Both the position numbers and the translations under genes were made by a program. From the NCBI GenBank assembly GCA_016778305.1, contig JADHPT010000001.1, forward strand, positions 136,457 through 200,456: DNA of 64,000 bases. Reading direction: 5' to 3'. The stretch is from Poseidonia sp. (GTDB lineage: Archaea > Thermoplasmatota > Poseidoniia > Poseidoniales > Poseidoniaceae). The first letter of the stretch is position 1. The number at the start of each line of letters is the position of its first letter. Shown in pieces: positions 37,746-47,182 of the stretch. The notes below the pieces were generated by a model. That model made no database searches. It was given only the letters and a program-made list of their open reading frames with translations, and was not told the DNA's origin.

Positions 37746-39329
37746 CTAAAACCCACTTGGTGCCATGTAGGTGCCAAAATCATCCTTCATCACATTCATG
37801 ATTTCACCCAACGTGCATCGCGCTCGAACCGCGTCAATAACGTGTGGAAAGAGATTCTCATCATTAGCAATTCCATTTTTTAGATTGATTAAGCATAAAT
37901 CAGCAGTATGTTGGTCACGAGTTAATCGCAGCTGGGAGAGTTTTGCTGCCTGTTCCTCTCCAATTTTCGGATTAATTTGTGTTACGGGTATGGTTTGCAA
38001 CTCATCCATAACACCATGATTTACACCGACAATATTCCTCTTATTTTGCTCGATTTCATTCATGTAGCGATATGCTGTCTGGTGAATCTCGTGTTGCTGC
38101 CAGCCTTGTTCAATGGCAGCCATCGCTCCACCTTTCATTTCGACTGTTTCTATCAATTCCTTTGCTTGTTGATAAATTTCTTTGGTCAGGTGTTCAACAT
38201 GCCAGGATCCACCTATGGGGTCAACAACGTCAGCAGCACCTGACTCTTCAGCAATAATCTGTTGCGTTCTCAATGCAACGGTGGCTGATGCTTCGGTTGG
38301 CAAACCCAATGCTTCATCGTATGAATTTGTATGAAGACTCTGAGTACCTCCAATGACAGCGGCGAGCGCTTGAATCGTTACTCTAGCGATGTTGTTGAGC
38401 GGTTGTTGCGCAGTAAGACTCACTCCTGCAACTTGCGTGTGGAACCTCAGCATGGATGATTTCGGATTCCTTGGATTGTACCGCTCTTGTATGAGGTCGT
38501 ACCAAAGTGTTCGGGCTGCTCTGAATTTCGCAATTTCCTCAAAGAAGTCGTTATGGCAATTAAAAAAGAAGGACAAACGAGGTGCAAAATCATCGATGTG
38601 AAGGCCGGATTCGATGGCTGCATCAACATAAGCCAGTGCATTTGAAAGGGTGAATGCTAGTTCTTGAACAGCTGTAGATCCTGCTTCACGAATGTGGTAT
38701 CCCGATATTGAAATTGTATTCCACTTCGGGACGTTCTCCGCGCAATACTCGAAAATGTCAGTAATGAGTCTCATACTTGGCTTAGGTGGAAAAACGTAGG
38801 TTCCTCGGGCGATGTACTCTTTGAGGATGTCGTTTTGAATGGTTCCTTTGAGTTGATCCATTGACGCTCCTTGTTCTTCCGCAGCAACGATGTACATGGC
38901 CAACAAGATCATGGCAGGCGAATTGATGGTCATTGAACTACTGACTTTATCCAATGGTATCCCATCATAGAGTTCTTTCATATCCTCTACCGAAGATATT
39001 GACACGCCTACTTTACCAACCTCTCCGAATGAGAGTTCGTCGTCAGCATCCATGCCAAGTTGTGTCGGCAGATCAAAGGCTACCGAGAGACCCATTTGAC
39101 CCCGTTCAAGGAGCAACTTGAATCGTTCATTTGTTTCTTTTGCGCTCGAAAAACCAGCGTATTGGCGCATGGTCCATAGACGAGATCGATACATCGTTTC
39201 GTGAATACCTCTCGTATATGGTGGAGACCCTGCATCCGAAAGCCGAGAGGTATTCTCTGCTGCTTTACCGGTTAGTGGAAGTGGTAAGCCACTCAAGGAA
39301 TCCCATGTATCCTTGCGCAAGTCGCCCAT
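37746..39329 (-). CDS. methylmalonyl-CoA mutase, large (substrate-binding) subunit, split archaeal type
   Basis: YTRGIHETMYRSRLWTMRQYAGF, GLSVAFDLPTQLGMD. No B12-binding domain in this ORF. Confidence 0.9.
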   Translation of the reverse strand: MGDLRKDTWDSLSGLPLPLTGKAAENTSRLSDAGSPPYTRGIHETMYRSRLWTMRQYAGFSSAKETNERFKLLLERGQMGLSVAFDLPTQLGMDADDELSFGEVGKVGVSISSVEDMKELYDGIPLDKVSSSMTINSPAMILLAMYIVAAEEQGASMDQLKGTIQNDILKEYIARGTYVFPPKPSMRLITDIFEYCAENVPKWNTISISGYHIREAGSTAVQELAFTLSNALAYVDAAIESGLHIDDFAPRLSFFFNCHNDFFEEIAKFRAARTLWYDLIQERYNPRNPKSSMLRFHTQVAGVSLTAQQPLNNIARVTIQALAAVIGGTQSLHTNSYDEALGLPTEASATVALRTQQIIAEESGAADVVDPIGGSWHVEHLTKEIYQQAKELIETVEMKGGAMAAIEQGWQQHEIHQTAYRYMNEIEQNKRNIVGVNHGVMDELQTIPVTQINPKIGEEQAAKLSQLRLTRDQHTADLCLINLKNGIANDENLFPHVIDAVRARCTLGEIMNVMKDDFGTYMAPSGF

Positions 39330-39373
39330 GATTCATCACAGGTAAAGGCACTTCATCAAGACTCGCTTTGAAC

Positions 39374-39886
39374 TCAGTGGTGGTGACCACCTGGGCCATG
39401 TGCATGACCGTGGGAGAGTTCTTCTTCTGATGCAGCACGTAGCTCAACGACTTCAACAGAAAAGGTGAGCGATTTTCCGGAAAGTGCGTGGTTGAAATCA
39501 GCTGTAACCGTTTCATCGGTTAACTCGGTCACAGTGAATGGCGAAGGTCCGTGTGGCATTTGGGCGACGAGTTGCATGCCGACTTCCAAAGGAGATTGTT
39601 CTTCAAGTTGTGCAAAATTATCACGAGGAATCTGCAATACTGCTTCATCATCGCGTTCACCATATGCACGTTCAGCGGTAAGGGTAAACTCACGGCGTTC
39701 TCCAACCTTTGCACCCATCATCTCCTCTTCAAAACCAGGAATCATTTGCTTGTGACCAACCAAGAAAGTCAACGGATCTCGACCTTCACTTGAATCAAAT
39801 ACCTCTCCCGAGTCGGGCAATGTACCCGTATAGTGGACGCTTGCTACTGAATTTTCTGATATTGTATTGTCTGTCATTATGTTCAT
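39374..39886 (-). CDS. FKBP-type peptidyl-prolyl isomerase, SlyD-like with His-rich tail
   Basis: FKBP core VHYTGTLPDSGEVFDSS with an inserted flap. C-terminal HGHAHGPGGHHH. Confidence 0.85.
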   Translation of the reverse strand: MNIMTDNTISENSVASVHYTGTLPDSGEVFDSSEGRDPLTFLVGHKQMIPGFEEEMMGAKVGERREFTLTAERAYGERDDEAVLQIPRDNFAQLEEQSPLEVGMQLVAQMPHGPSPFTVTELTDETVTADFNHALSGKSLTFSVEVVELRAASEEELSHGHAHGPGGHHH

Positions 39887-40728
39887 CTCCTTGTTGTCAT
39901 TTTTTTGACGAGGACTCGAAGGGAATCTGCAACCTCTGAGGGCAGAACCAGTTCCGCTTCTTTTTGTTCAATAAATGTCAGGGATTCTTCGATGCTGACA
40001 CGTTCACCCTTCGCCCAGATTTGGCCGAGTACGTTTGATCGGTGTTCCTCTGGTACCTCGGGGTTGTCTAAAATATCCCGTGCTGCATATTTGTACTCCA
40101 GGTATTTTTGACGGTTCAGACGTTTTTCTTGCTTCTGTCGCCCGCCTCCTTTCTTATCGAAGCGTCGACGACCATGTCGCCTATTGTCTGGTTTGACAAC
40201 CACCGTTTCGATTTGTTTGAAGATATTCTTGACCTTGTTTGGCGCGTGAGTGGCGATGGTGACGGCATCGTCATCCATCTGTAAAGTCTCCAACTCAGTT
40301 TCGTCTGTTTCAATCGCTTCAACTGCTTGTTCTACAACTTCTACAGGTGTAATTCCAGTAGGCTGCGCTGAAGGTGCAGCTTTCTTGAGTGCTTCTGATT
40401 TTCTACGTAATTCGGCTAATCGGTCTTCACGACTTTGGTTAGCGGGCTTGGTCGGATTATCAGTTCGTGTTGGTTGCTTGGGCAGTGCAGCGGGTTGAAT
40501 TTCTGGTGCTACAACATCCCCTTTCTGGACAAGTTTCTCAATGGCTTCTCGCTGTTTTCGTTCAAGATCAGCCTTGATGTTCGGCTTTTCTTCTACTACT
40601 TCAGGGACAGGGGCAGGTCGTCGGGTGGTTTGACGTTCTCGTTCGTCACGACGTCGTCGTGCTTGCTGAGACGCATCTTTAGCGAAGGGATTGAATTCCT
40701 CTTTGCGGCCCCGACGTCTTTCGATTGG
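39883..40728 (-). CDS. K/R/E-rich protein of unknown function downstream of kae1; start codon undetermined
   Basis: Frame is open from stop 40729-40731 to stop 39883 (282 codons). No ATG/GTG/TTG occurs in the first ~145 codons (first TTG at 40293, first ATG at 40278). N-terminal half RRRGRKEEF...RRRRDERERQ. C-terminal half YLEYKYAARDILDNPEVPEEHRSNVLGQIWAKGERVSIEESL. Confidence 0.45.
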   Translation of the reverse strand, partial: PIERRRGRKEEFNPFAKDASQQARRRRDERERQTTRRPAPVPEVVEEKPNIKADLERKQREAIEKLVQKGDVVAPEIQPAALPKQPTRTDNPTKPANQSREDRLAELRRKSEALKKAAPSAQPTGITPVEVVEQAVEAIETDETELETLQMDDDAVTIATHAPNKVKNIFKQIETVVVKPDNRRHGRRRFDKKGGGRQKQEKRLNRQKYLEYKYAARDILDNPEVPEEHRSNVLGQIWAKGERVSIEESLTFIEQKEAELVLPSEVADSLRVLVKKMTTRR

Positions 40729-40787
40729 CTATTCCCCCAATTGACTGTGTCGGCCCACCCATTAAAACCGTATGGGATTGATTTGAC

Positions 40788-41795
40788 TCAAGACCATACA
40801 ATAGGTGTTTGGTCAGTTCGCAAATATTGGTCAATGGCACTTTCATCAAGTGCCGTGGTCCTCTTTTGTAATTCCAACCATCCCAAAAGTCCGATCATGG
40901 TTCCGTTGTCGATGCAGTACATCCGTGGAGGTGCATGTGAAGTCCCCTCACGATCGCTTGCCATGAGATTGCACATCTCTCGCATACGGTTGTTGCAGGC
41001 AACACCGCCTCCAAGCAATAACTCAGATTTGCCAGTATGAGCCATGGCTCGTTCTGCCACCTCGACACAAGATGCGAAGGCATGTTCTTGAAGTGACCAA
41101 CAAACTGCATTGAGTGGAGCACCGTTGTCAATGAGTCGTTGTGCCGCAGTAAGCAATCCTGAAAATGCGAGGTCCATGCCACGAACGGCATAAGGGAGTT
41201 GCAGACCTTCCATCGTTGGTGTGGGGTTTTCCGATAGATATTCTGCGGCCAATTGCTCAATCTTAGGTCCTCCTGGGAATGGTATGCCCTGGTTTCGAGC
41301 GAATTTATCCAACATATTTCCAATCCCGATATCAAGTGTCTCTCCAAGAACCCTGTATCTCCCGTTCAACCGCGCTATGACTTGTGTATTCCCACCCGAC
41401 ACATAGAGAAGGACTGGGTCATCACAACCGCATTGTTGTCGGCCGATTTCTATGTGTGCAACACAGTGATTAACGCCGATAAGCGGTACGTCCATTTTGG
41501 TAGCAAGACCCCGCGCAATCGCTGCACCCACACGCAGGCAAGGGCCCAAGCCTGGACCTTGCGAATACGCTACCGCTCCAATGTCGGACGGTGATATCGA
41601 ATGCATTTCCATGGCCTTTGTAAAGAGCATTGAGGCCACATCTTTGTGATGATCTGCGGCTTCCCGTGGATGGATACCACCTTTGTCAGGCCGTAGCGTA
41701 TCTGACGCTGCAGGATACGGTATGCCTTCACCATCTACGAGGCCAAAGGAAAGGGTATGCGCAGTTGTTTCGATACCGAGGGTCCAAGTTCCCAT
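40788..41795 (-). CDS. kae1: tRNA N6-adenosine threonylcarbamoyltransferase Kae1
   Basis: VNHCVAHIEIG (His-His metal site), GPGLGPCLRVG, LGGGVACN. Confidence 0.9.
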   Translation of the reverse strand: MGTWTLGIETTAHTLSFGLVDGEGIPYPAASDTLRPDKGGIHPREAADHHKDVASMLFTKAMEMHSISPSDIGAVAYSQGPGLGPCLRVGAAIARGLATKMDVPLIGVNHCVAHIEIGRQQCGCDDPVLLYVSGGNTQVIARLNGRYRVLGETLDIGIGNMLDKFARNQGIPFPGGPKIEQLAAEYLSENPTPTMEGLQLPYAVRGMDLAFSGLLTAAQRLIDNGAPLNAVCWSLQEHAFASCVEVAERAMAHTGKSELLLGGGVACNNRMREMCNLMASDREGTSHAPPRMYCIDNGTMIGLLGWLELQKRTTALDESAIDQYLRTDQTPIVWS

Positions 41796-41846
41796 GGTAT
41801 TCCCAAAAAGCCATTGTTCTTCAACCCTCTTCGGTAAGCAAGGTCT

Positions 41847-43088
41847 GTGCGGACCCTCTTATTGAATTGCGGACCCATGGTTCATTTCTCAACCTCCGGA
41901 ACAACTTCACGCCCCTCCATTGAGAATTCAGTTTATCCAGTTGGAAAGGGAATTATAATAGAAGGTGATAAAATAATCACTATTGGTGATTCAGAAGACC
42001 TGGAATTCGAATATGGAAACGACTCCGATCATCTCGTCATTGATGCAGAAGGGGGAGCAATTATTCCCGGGCTCATTGATTGCCACAGTCACCTCTTGTG
42101 GTCTGGCGACCGTTCTCAAGAAGTACGATGGAGGTTGGAAGGCAAAACGTACCGTGACATCAGCACTATGGGCGGGGGCATCCAATCAACGGTGGATGCA
42201 ACTCGGTCTTCTTCGAAAGGTGAACTTCACAAAGAAGGATATGTCCGTCTCAGAGCGGCTTTACGTTCAGGAACGACTCACATGGAAGTCAAGAGCGGAT
42301 ACGGACTTGATACAAAAACCGAGTTGGACCTCCTTGAAGTATCATCAATACTTAGTTCAGATGAAAACTTACCAACTCTGGATCCAACGTGGATGGGAGC
42401 TCATGACACGCCAAAGGAAATGACTCATGAAGCCTACATTGATTCCTTGATTCATGAGCAATTGCCGGCGATTGTAGACCAAGGGATTGCACGTTCTGCT
42501 GATGTATTTTGTGAGCCAGGTTGGTTCAGCGTTGAAGAAAGCGAGGACATTCTGAAAGCATCTCGTACAGCTGGTCTCAATCTTCGCATGCACATTGATG
42601 AATTCGAAGAATCTGGCGGCGGCCAGTTGGCAGCAGAACTCAAGGTTCAAACAGCAGATCATGCATATCACACATCTCTCGATACGCGATTGAACATGAA
42701 AGAGGCTGGAGTCATGACCGGTTTCTTACCCGGGACTCCGTATGCGATGGGTGACCCCTGGCCTAATATGTCAGAAGTACATGAATACGGCATACCTTAC
42801 ACACTCGCTACAGATTTCAACCCGAATTGCCAAACACTCAGTCTCCCCTTCATGGCATCACTCATGGTCCAGAGGTGCAGAGTTCAGCCCCTTGACGTGC
42901 TCGCTGCTATGACGGTCAATGCAGCGAAGAGTTCGCCACACACGAATGGAGATCATGGAATTATTCAAGAAGGTGCAATTGCAAACATCAATATTCTTGA
43001 CAGTCCGAACTGGGAGTCATTCTCACTCAAACCCAGCCATACGCCCTTTAGAGCTACCATATTGAATGGGAAGTTCATGACACATTGA
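41847..43088 (+). CDS. hutI: imidazolonepropionase
   Basis: Amidohydrolase fold. IPGLIDCHSHLLWSGDR, GTTHMEVKSGYGLD, RMHIDEF. Confidence 0.85.
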   Translation: MRTLLLNCGPMVHFSTSGTTSRPSIENSVYPVGKGIIIEGDKIITIGDSEDLEFEYGNDSDHLVIDAEGGAIIPGLIDCHSHLLWSGDRSQEVRWRLEGKTYRDISTMGGGIQSTVDATRSSSKGELHKEGYVRLRAALRSGTTHMEVKSGYGLDTKTELDLLEVSSILSSDENLPTLDPTWMGAHDTPKEMTHEAYIDSLIHEQLPAIVDQGIARSADVFCEPGWFSVEESEDILKASRTAGLNLRMHIDEFEESGGGQLAAELKVQTADHAYHTSLDTRLNMKEAGVMTGFLPGTPYAMGDPWPNMSEVHEYGIPYTLATDFNPNCQTLSLPFMASLMVQRCRVQPLDVLAAMTVNAAKSSPHTNGDHGIIQEGAIANINILDSPNWESFSLKPSHTPFRATILNGKFMTH

Positions 43089-43166
43089 ATATCTCTCAAC
43101 TATTCTTTTAGATTTAGGTACAGTAATTGGCTTGCAGAAATTAATTAAGTGATTCTCATGGTTTGG

Positions 43167-43475
43167 ATGGAAACGATTGTTTGTTCGGGGAAAAAAGGAA
43201 GCGATGCTCGGTTACGCAGAATGATCAAAGCAAGACTCGAATACAAACGTCGTCAAGATGGTTGTATTGGTGCATGGATTGGACGTGGAGCTGAAGACGG
43301 TACGTTGCTCCTCGTTCAATCTGCTTTCACATCGGCCCAGGCTTGGAAGAGAATCTCTTCAGAGATCAAAGAAACTCTAGACGCCCAAGATGGTGGAATT
43401 GAGACTTTGCTCTTGGGGCCGCCACTGGTTGGGATCTTTGAAATCGATGAGACAGACTTTTCCATTCTCGATTAA
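43167..43475 (+). CDS. small alpha+beta protein, weak ABM/Dabb-like pattern
   Basis: ~100 aa. Assignment tentative. Confidence 0.35.
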   Translation: METIVCSGKKGSDARLRRMIKARLEYKRRQDGCIGAWIGRGAEDGTLLLVQSAFTSAQAWKRISSEIKETLDAQDGGIETLLLGPPLVGIFEIDETDFSILD

Positions 43476-43740
43476 TCACAATCGGCCAACATTCCATGGC
43501 ACATAATGTCGCATAATGTGAGTTATGCGTCATTGACCGCTCATCGATTATTTCCAATAGATCTGGAATTTAGTAAAATGGCTCGCAGTATGCCTTTTAT
43601 TCCCAGATGACATCACTCGCCATGCAACAAATCCTAATTTTCACCCTCCAACCCCCTACTTTTCGTAGGAAAGTGTGTATTTTTTCAACAAAGGGAGGGA
43701 AGTATTCAAATCACAAATCATTCAGGCGAAATTGAGTATC

Positions 43741-43893
43741 ATGACTGCAATCGAAGGCTATTGCCTCAAGTGTAAAACATACGGCCCCATCCGCGACGGA
43801 AAAAAAATCGTGATGAAGAACGGTCGGACGAGAATGGCAGGATTTTGCTCACAGAAGGGATGTTCGGGTAAGATCTCAAAAATCATCAGCTAA
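43741..43893 (+). CDS. small zinc-ribbon protein (~50 aa)
   Basis: MTAIEGYCLKCKTYGPIRDGKKIVMKNGRTRMAGFCSQKGCSGKISKI. Two Cys pairs flank a basic hairpin. Resembles a widespread ~50-aa zinc-ribbon family (name recalled from memory only). Confidence 0.5.
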   Translation: MTAIEGYCLKCKTYGPIRDGKKIVMKNGRTRMAGFCSQKGCSGKISKIIS

Positions 43894-43919
43894 TTCCAAC
43901 ACCGTCTGCACCGAATTGG

Positions 43920-43927
43920 TTTAATAC
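43920..43927 (+). promoter_or_regulatory. putative TATA box (TTTAATAC) ~27-33 nt upstream of tRNA-Val
   Basis: Position and composition fit an archaeal tRNA promoter. Confidence 0.4.
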
Positions 43928-43952
43928 AATCCTTCGGTGGCAAGAACACCTA

Positions 43953-44029
43953 GGGCTCGTGGTCTAGGGGTTTATGACGTTGCCTTGACATGGCAAAGAT
44001 CGAGAGTTCGATTCTCTCCGAGCCCACCA
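43953..44029 (+). tRNA. tRNA-Val (anticodon GAC), intronless, genomically encoded CCA
   Basis: Hand-folded cloverleaf. Acceptor GGGCUCG/CGAGCCC. D-arm with GG. Anticodon stem UUGCC/GGCAA with loop UUGACAU. T-arm GAGAG-UUCGAUU-CUCUC. Discriminator A then CCA. Confidence 0.9.
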
Positions 44030-44093
44030 GTGAATAGTATCTAGTCGTTCAGGGTAGGATTGGTAAATTAATTCTCTTTGAAATATTAATTAA

Positions 44094-44453
44094 TTAATCT
44101 TCATCATGGATGATTTCAACTTCCAATGAATCAGATGGTTCGATGAGCGCCACAGGTTCATCATCATCTTCAAACGAAAAGTCAGTAGAACCGCCTTCCC
44201 ACGATTTCACATCATCTGATTCTTCAAACGATTCCTCTGGCAATACTGCCCCTGGACCAAGAGAGTAAATGCTCGGGTCGAGGGGTTCTTTTTCTTCCAC
44301 AAGTGGGCTCGCAGGAGCTTCACGTTCCTCCATAATCGATCCTGCATGGAAGGTGCCACATTCGTGACACCTGTAGGTTCCTTTACGATCCAAACAGCCA
44401 CATACAGGGCATGTTGTCAATCCAGCGTAGGCATCAATCGGGTCTGAATCCAT
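44094..44453 (-). CDS. zinc-ribbon protein with acidic C-terminal tail
   Basis: 119 aa. N-terminal CPVCGCLDRKGTYRCHECGT zinc ribbon. D/E-rich tail. 4-nt gap to the upstream paralogous gene. Confidence 0.55.
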   Translation of the reverse strand: MDSDPIDAYAGLTTCPVCGCLDRKGTYRCHECGTFHAGSIMEEREAPASPLVEEKEPLDPSIYSLGPGAVLPEESFEESDDVKSWEGGSTDFSFEDDDEPVALIEPSDSLEVEIIHDED

Positions 44454-44457
44454 GCGC

Positions 44458-46263
44458 TCACTCTATGAACATGTCATCTTGATATCCGGTGACCAGGTCT
44501 CCAGTACCATCTTCTTCAATGGTCACAGTACCCTCGTCGTCATCAAATTCGATAATCGTACCAAAGACTTCCTCATCATCAAAGAGTAGTCCGACATGGG
44601 ATCCGATGTCAATCTCATCGTCTTCATCATCATCTTCTGAATCCTCTTGATCATCCTCGGATTCTTCTACATCCTCTTCCTCGTAATCTTCATGATCCTC
44701 TTCGTGTTCTTCGCCATCATCGGGATCGTCGCTTTCTTCTTCCTCAACCCCTGATTGGGTTGCATCGGCTCTGTCATCCTCAACTTCCTTCATAGCTTTG
44801 GCACGCGCTCGCCATGATGGTGCTTTGATGAGGTGCAAGAACAGCGAGGAAATCATTCCCATTACAGAGAGGAGGATGAACAAAATACCATCCCAATAAA
44901 ATCCCTTGGGCATTGATGATGAATCGCCTGCGAATGGAGTGAGGGAATTGTCGCATCCACCTTCTTGATATTTCACATCACAAGGGTACGGATCGCCTTC
45001 TGCAATGTCAAATGGTGGGACAACATTGTTCGGTTCATAGAAGACTGTACCACCACTTCCATCAACTGGCCCTATGAGTCCATTGACAAGAAGAATGGCG
45101 ATCGCAATCCCGAAGGCGGTGTGCAGAATTGGCCAAACAATATCGTTCCATTGTTTGGACATCATTCGCTTTTGCATCGGGGTAGGAAATGGCTCCTCAA
45201 TTATTGATTCAACTTCATCATCCATTTCTTCGATAGCGCCAATGAATTCGGTAATGTCAATCATTCCATCATTATCGGAATCGATTTGTTCGATCAAGGC
45301 TTCAATATCTTCCCCATCAAATTCACCTTCGTAGTCATTTGTTAGGGAGGAGCGCAGTTCTTCCATTGAAACCTGGCGGTTACCGTCTTTGTCGAGATCG
45401 TTGAACATACGTTGGGCCGAAATATCATGCTCTTCCATGAGGGCGACAAGGGCATGCAGTGGACTTTCAACATCGATATTTTCGTCGCTGTCTTCATCAA
45501 GATCAAAATCTTCCTCATCCATTTCGGCCTGTGTTGCACCTTCATCGGAGTCGTCCAGGTCTTCTGAAGAATGATGTACTTCATCTGATTCGGAAGTGTG
45601 ATCCTCTTGCGACTCAGGGGCTTCGTGTTTGAGTACAACTTCCTCTTCGGAGTCTTCCGCCACTTCCTCAAGTTCTTCATCGGATTCAGCCTCCTCTTCG
45701 TCCATGTCCGCTACAATATGCTCATCAGAATGAGCATCATGATGATCTGTGTCTCCGTGAAGAATTGTTTCAAACTCATCGAGGTCGATTACCCCGTTAT
45801 CATCAGCATCAATCTCCTTGACAAGTCTGTCAACTTGAGAAGGTGGTAAATCAGCGAGGTTGAGGCTCAACAAACCTGCCTTTAACTCCGATGCATCGAT
45901 CATGCCATCAGAATTCGTATCGAATTTCTGAAATAATTTTCGAATTTGAACGCCGGTATCATGCACCCATTTTCGCAGGATATCAACCACATCGTCTGCA
46001 ACGAATACGACATCACACTCAGGACATCGGGTGGAATCAAGAGGGACTAACGCATTGCAAGCTCCACATTCCCCAAGAGCTTCTTCTGATACGCCTGAAA
46101 ATTGAGTGTTACACTCCGGACATTCTGTAGAATCCAGGGGTATCAATGCTCGACACGAACCACATTCCGCCATGGGAATACTATTTTTTCCCTCGTCACT
46201 CATCTTTCCACCGATTCCATGGAGGGCGTCTCCAATTATAATGCTTGATGGGATTTTTATCAT
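44458..46263 (-). CDS. double zinc-ribbon, four-EF-hand, two-TM highly acidic membrane protein
   Basis: 601 aa. Two zinc ribbons (ECGSCRALIPLDSTECPEC; ECGACNALVPLDSTRCPEC). Four canonical EF-hand loops (DTNSDGMIDASE, DADDNGVIDLDE, DKDGNRQVSMEE, DSDNDGMIDITE). Two TM helices flank a Cys-containing loop. Long D/E tracts. Confidence 0.7.
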   Translation of the reverse strand: MIKIPSSIIIGDALHGIGGKMSDEGKNSIPMAECGSCRALIPLDSTECPECNTQFSGVSEEALGECGACNALVPLDSTRCPECDVVFVADDVVDILRKWVHDTGVQIRKLFQKFDTNSDGMIDASELKAGLLSLNLADLPPSQVDRLVKEIDADDNGVIDLDEFETILHGDTDHHDAHSDEHIVADMDEEEAESDEELEEVAEDSEEEVVLKHEAPESQEDHTSESDEVHHSSEDLDDSDEGATQAEMDEEDFDLDEDSDENIDVESPLHALVALMEEHDISAQRMFNDLDKDGNRQVSMEELRSSLTNDYEGEFDGEDIEALIEQIDSDNDGMIDITEFIGAIEEMDDEVESIIEEPFPTPMQKRMMSKQWNDIVWPILHTAFGIAIAILLVNGLIGPVDGSGGTVFYEPNNVVPPFDIAEGDPYPCDVKYQEGGCDNSLTPFAGDSSSMPKGFYWDGILFILLSVMGMISSLFLHLIKAPSWRARAKAMKEVEDDRADATQSGVEEEESDDPDDGEEHEEDHEDYEEEDVEESEDDQEDSEDDDEDDEIDIGSHVGLLFDDEEVFGTIIEFDDDEGTVTIEEDGTGDLVTGYQDDMFIE

Positions 46264-46321
46264 TTTCTTGGATTAATTCCTTAGAACAGTTCCTCTTGGG
46301 TTTGACAAGGGGGTCCTCATC

Positions 46322-47182
46322 ATGCTGGGTTTGTATACGCTTGAACATGTGTCACATGATGCCACCTATTCTTGGTTTGAAGCAGCAACAGAGACTGTTG
46401 ATGTCAACCGAATATGCATCAGTAGGCTGCCACTACGAGCGCTCTTGCGCCATGTATCACCTTCTGGCACCCGTTGTTTTTGGCTCAGTGACCATCAGGG
46501 GCCAGCATCCATTCCACCTACTTGCGACGAAGTGGAATCCCGATTGAACAAAGAATTCGATGCAATACCCTCCTTTGTTCTCCTTGAGGGTTTGGACTGG
46601 ATCTTGAATAACGATGGTGAGGAAACGGTGCTGCAATTCCTACAACGTCTTGATCAACGGTGCCGTAGCGGCAACCATGTCGTCGTTTTTCCCGTTGATC
46701 CTTTGGTCTTTTCATCACGCTTTTGGTCTCGACTTCATTCAATAGCGCCCATGTTGCAAGGGCATCATGGATACGACGAAACGGACAATATCCCGTCTGT
46801 GACATCCAACTATGAGCCCGACTTGCCAGACACCACTCAACCAAAAGAGCAGGAACGAACGTTGGTACAATTGGTCGAGTTGCCGCGACGCGGATTTAAC
46901 AAAACCATTCTTTCAAAACGTATGCTTCAATGGAAAAGGATGGGCATTGATATTTCTGATTTGGAGCCTGCAATGGCGACTGAAGACATGGACAAAGCCC
47001 ATGGGATTTATTCCGAGGTTGAATCATTGGTTAAGGTTGCAGTCGATTTATGTCGCCTCGTTGACGCGAGCCGAGATAAATTAACCGTTACAGAGCGAGA
47101 GATCATGACATTCAAAATCATGCAACTTTCTTCCGTCAGTGAGGTAAAACAGCGACTAGAAGAAATCCTCGCCACGAGATAG
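46322..47182 (+). CDS. DUF835-like domain protein
   Basis: TRCFWLSDHQGPASIPPTCDEVESRLNKEFDAIPSFVLLEGLDWILNNDGEETVLQFLQRLDQRCRSGNHVVVFPVDPLVF fits the archaeal DUF835 pattern (family name recalled from memory). Confidence 0.5.
   Translation: MLGLYTLEHVSHDATYSWFEAATETVDVNRICISRLPLRALLRHVSPSGTRCFWLSDHQGPASIPPTCDEVESRLNKEFDAIPSFVLLEGLDWILNNDGEETVLQFLQRLDQRCRSGNHVVVFPVDPLVFSSRFWSRLHSIAPMLQGHHGYDETDNIPSVTSNYEPDLPDTTQPKEQERTLVQLVELPRRGFNKTILSKRMLQWKRMGIDISDLEPAMATEDMDKAHGIYSEVESLVKVAVDLCRLVDASRDKLTVTEREIMTFKIMQLSSVSEVKQRLEEILATR

Noticed and set aside
40435-41040. 201-aa plus-strand ORF
   Set aside because: Antisense to the K/R-rich gene and kae1. Low-complexity translation with no family features.
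43953-44029. Looked for a tRNA intron or BHB motif because a splicing endonuclease is encoded in the window
   Set aside because: The tRNA-Val folds as a continuous 77-nt cloverleaf with CCA. No insertion at 37/38 or elsewhere.
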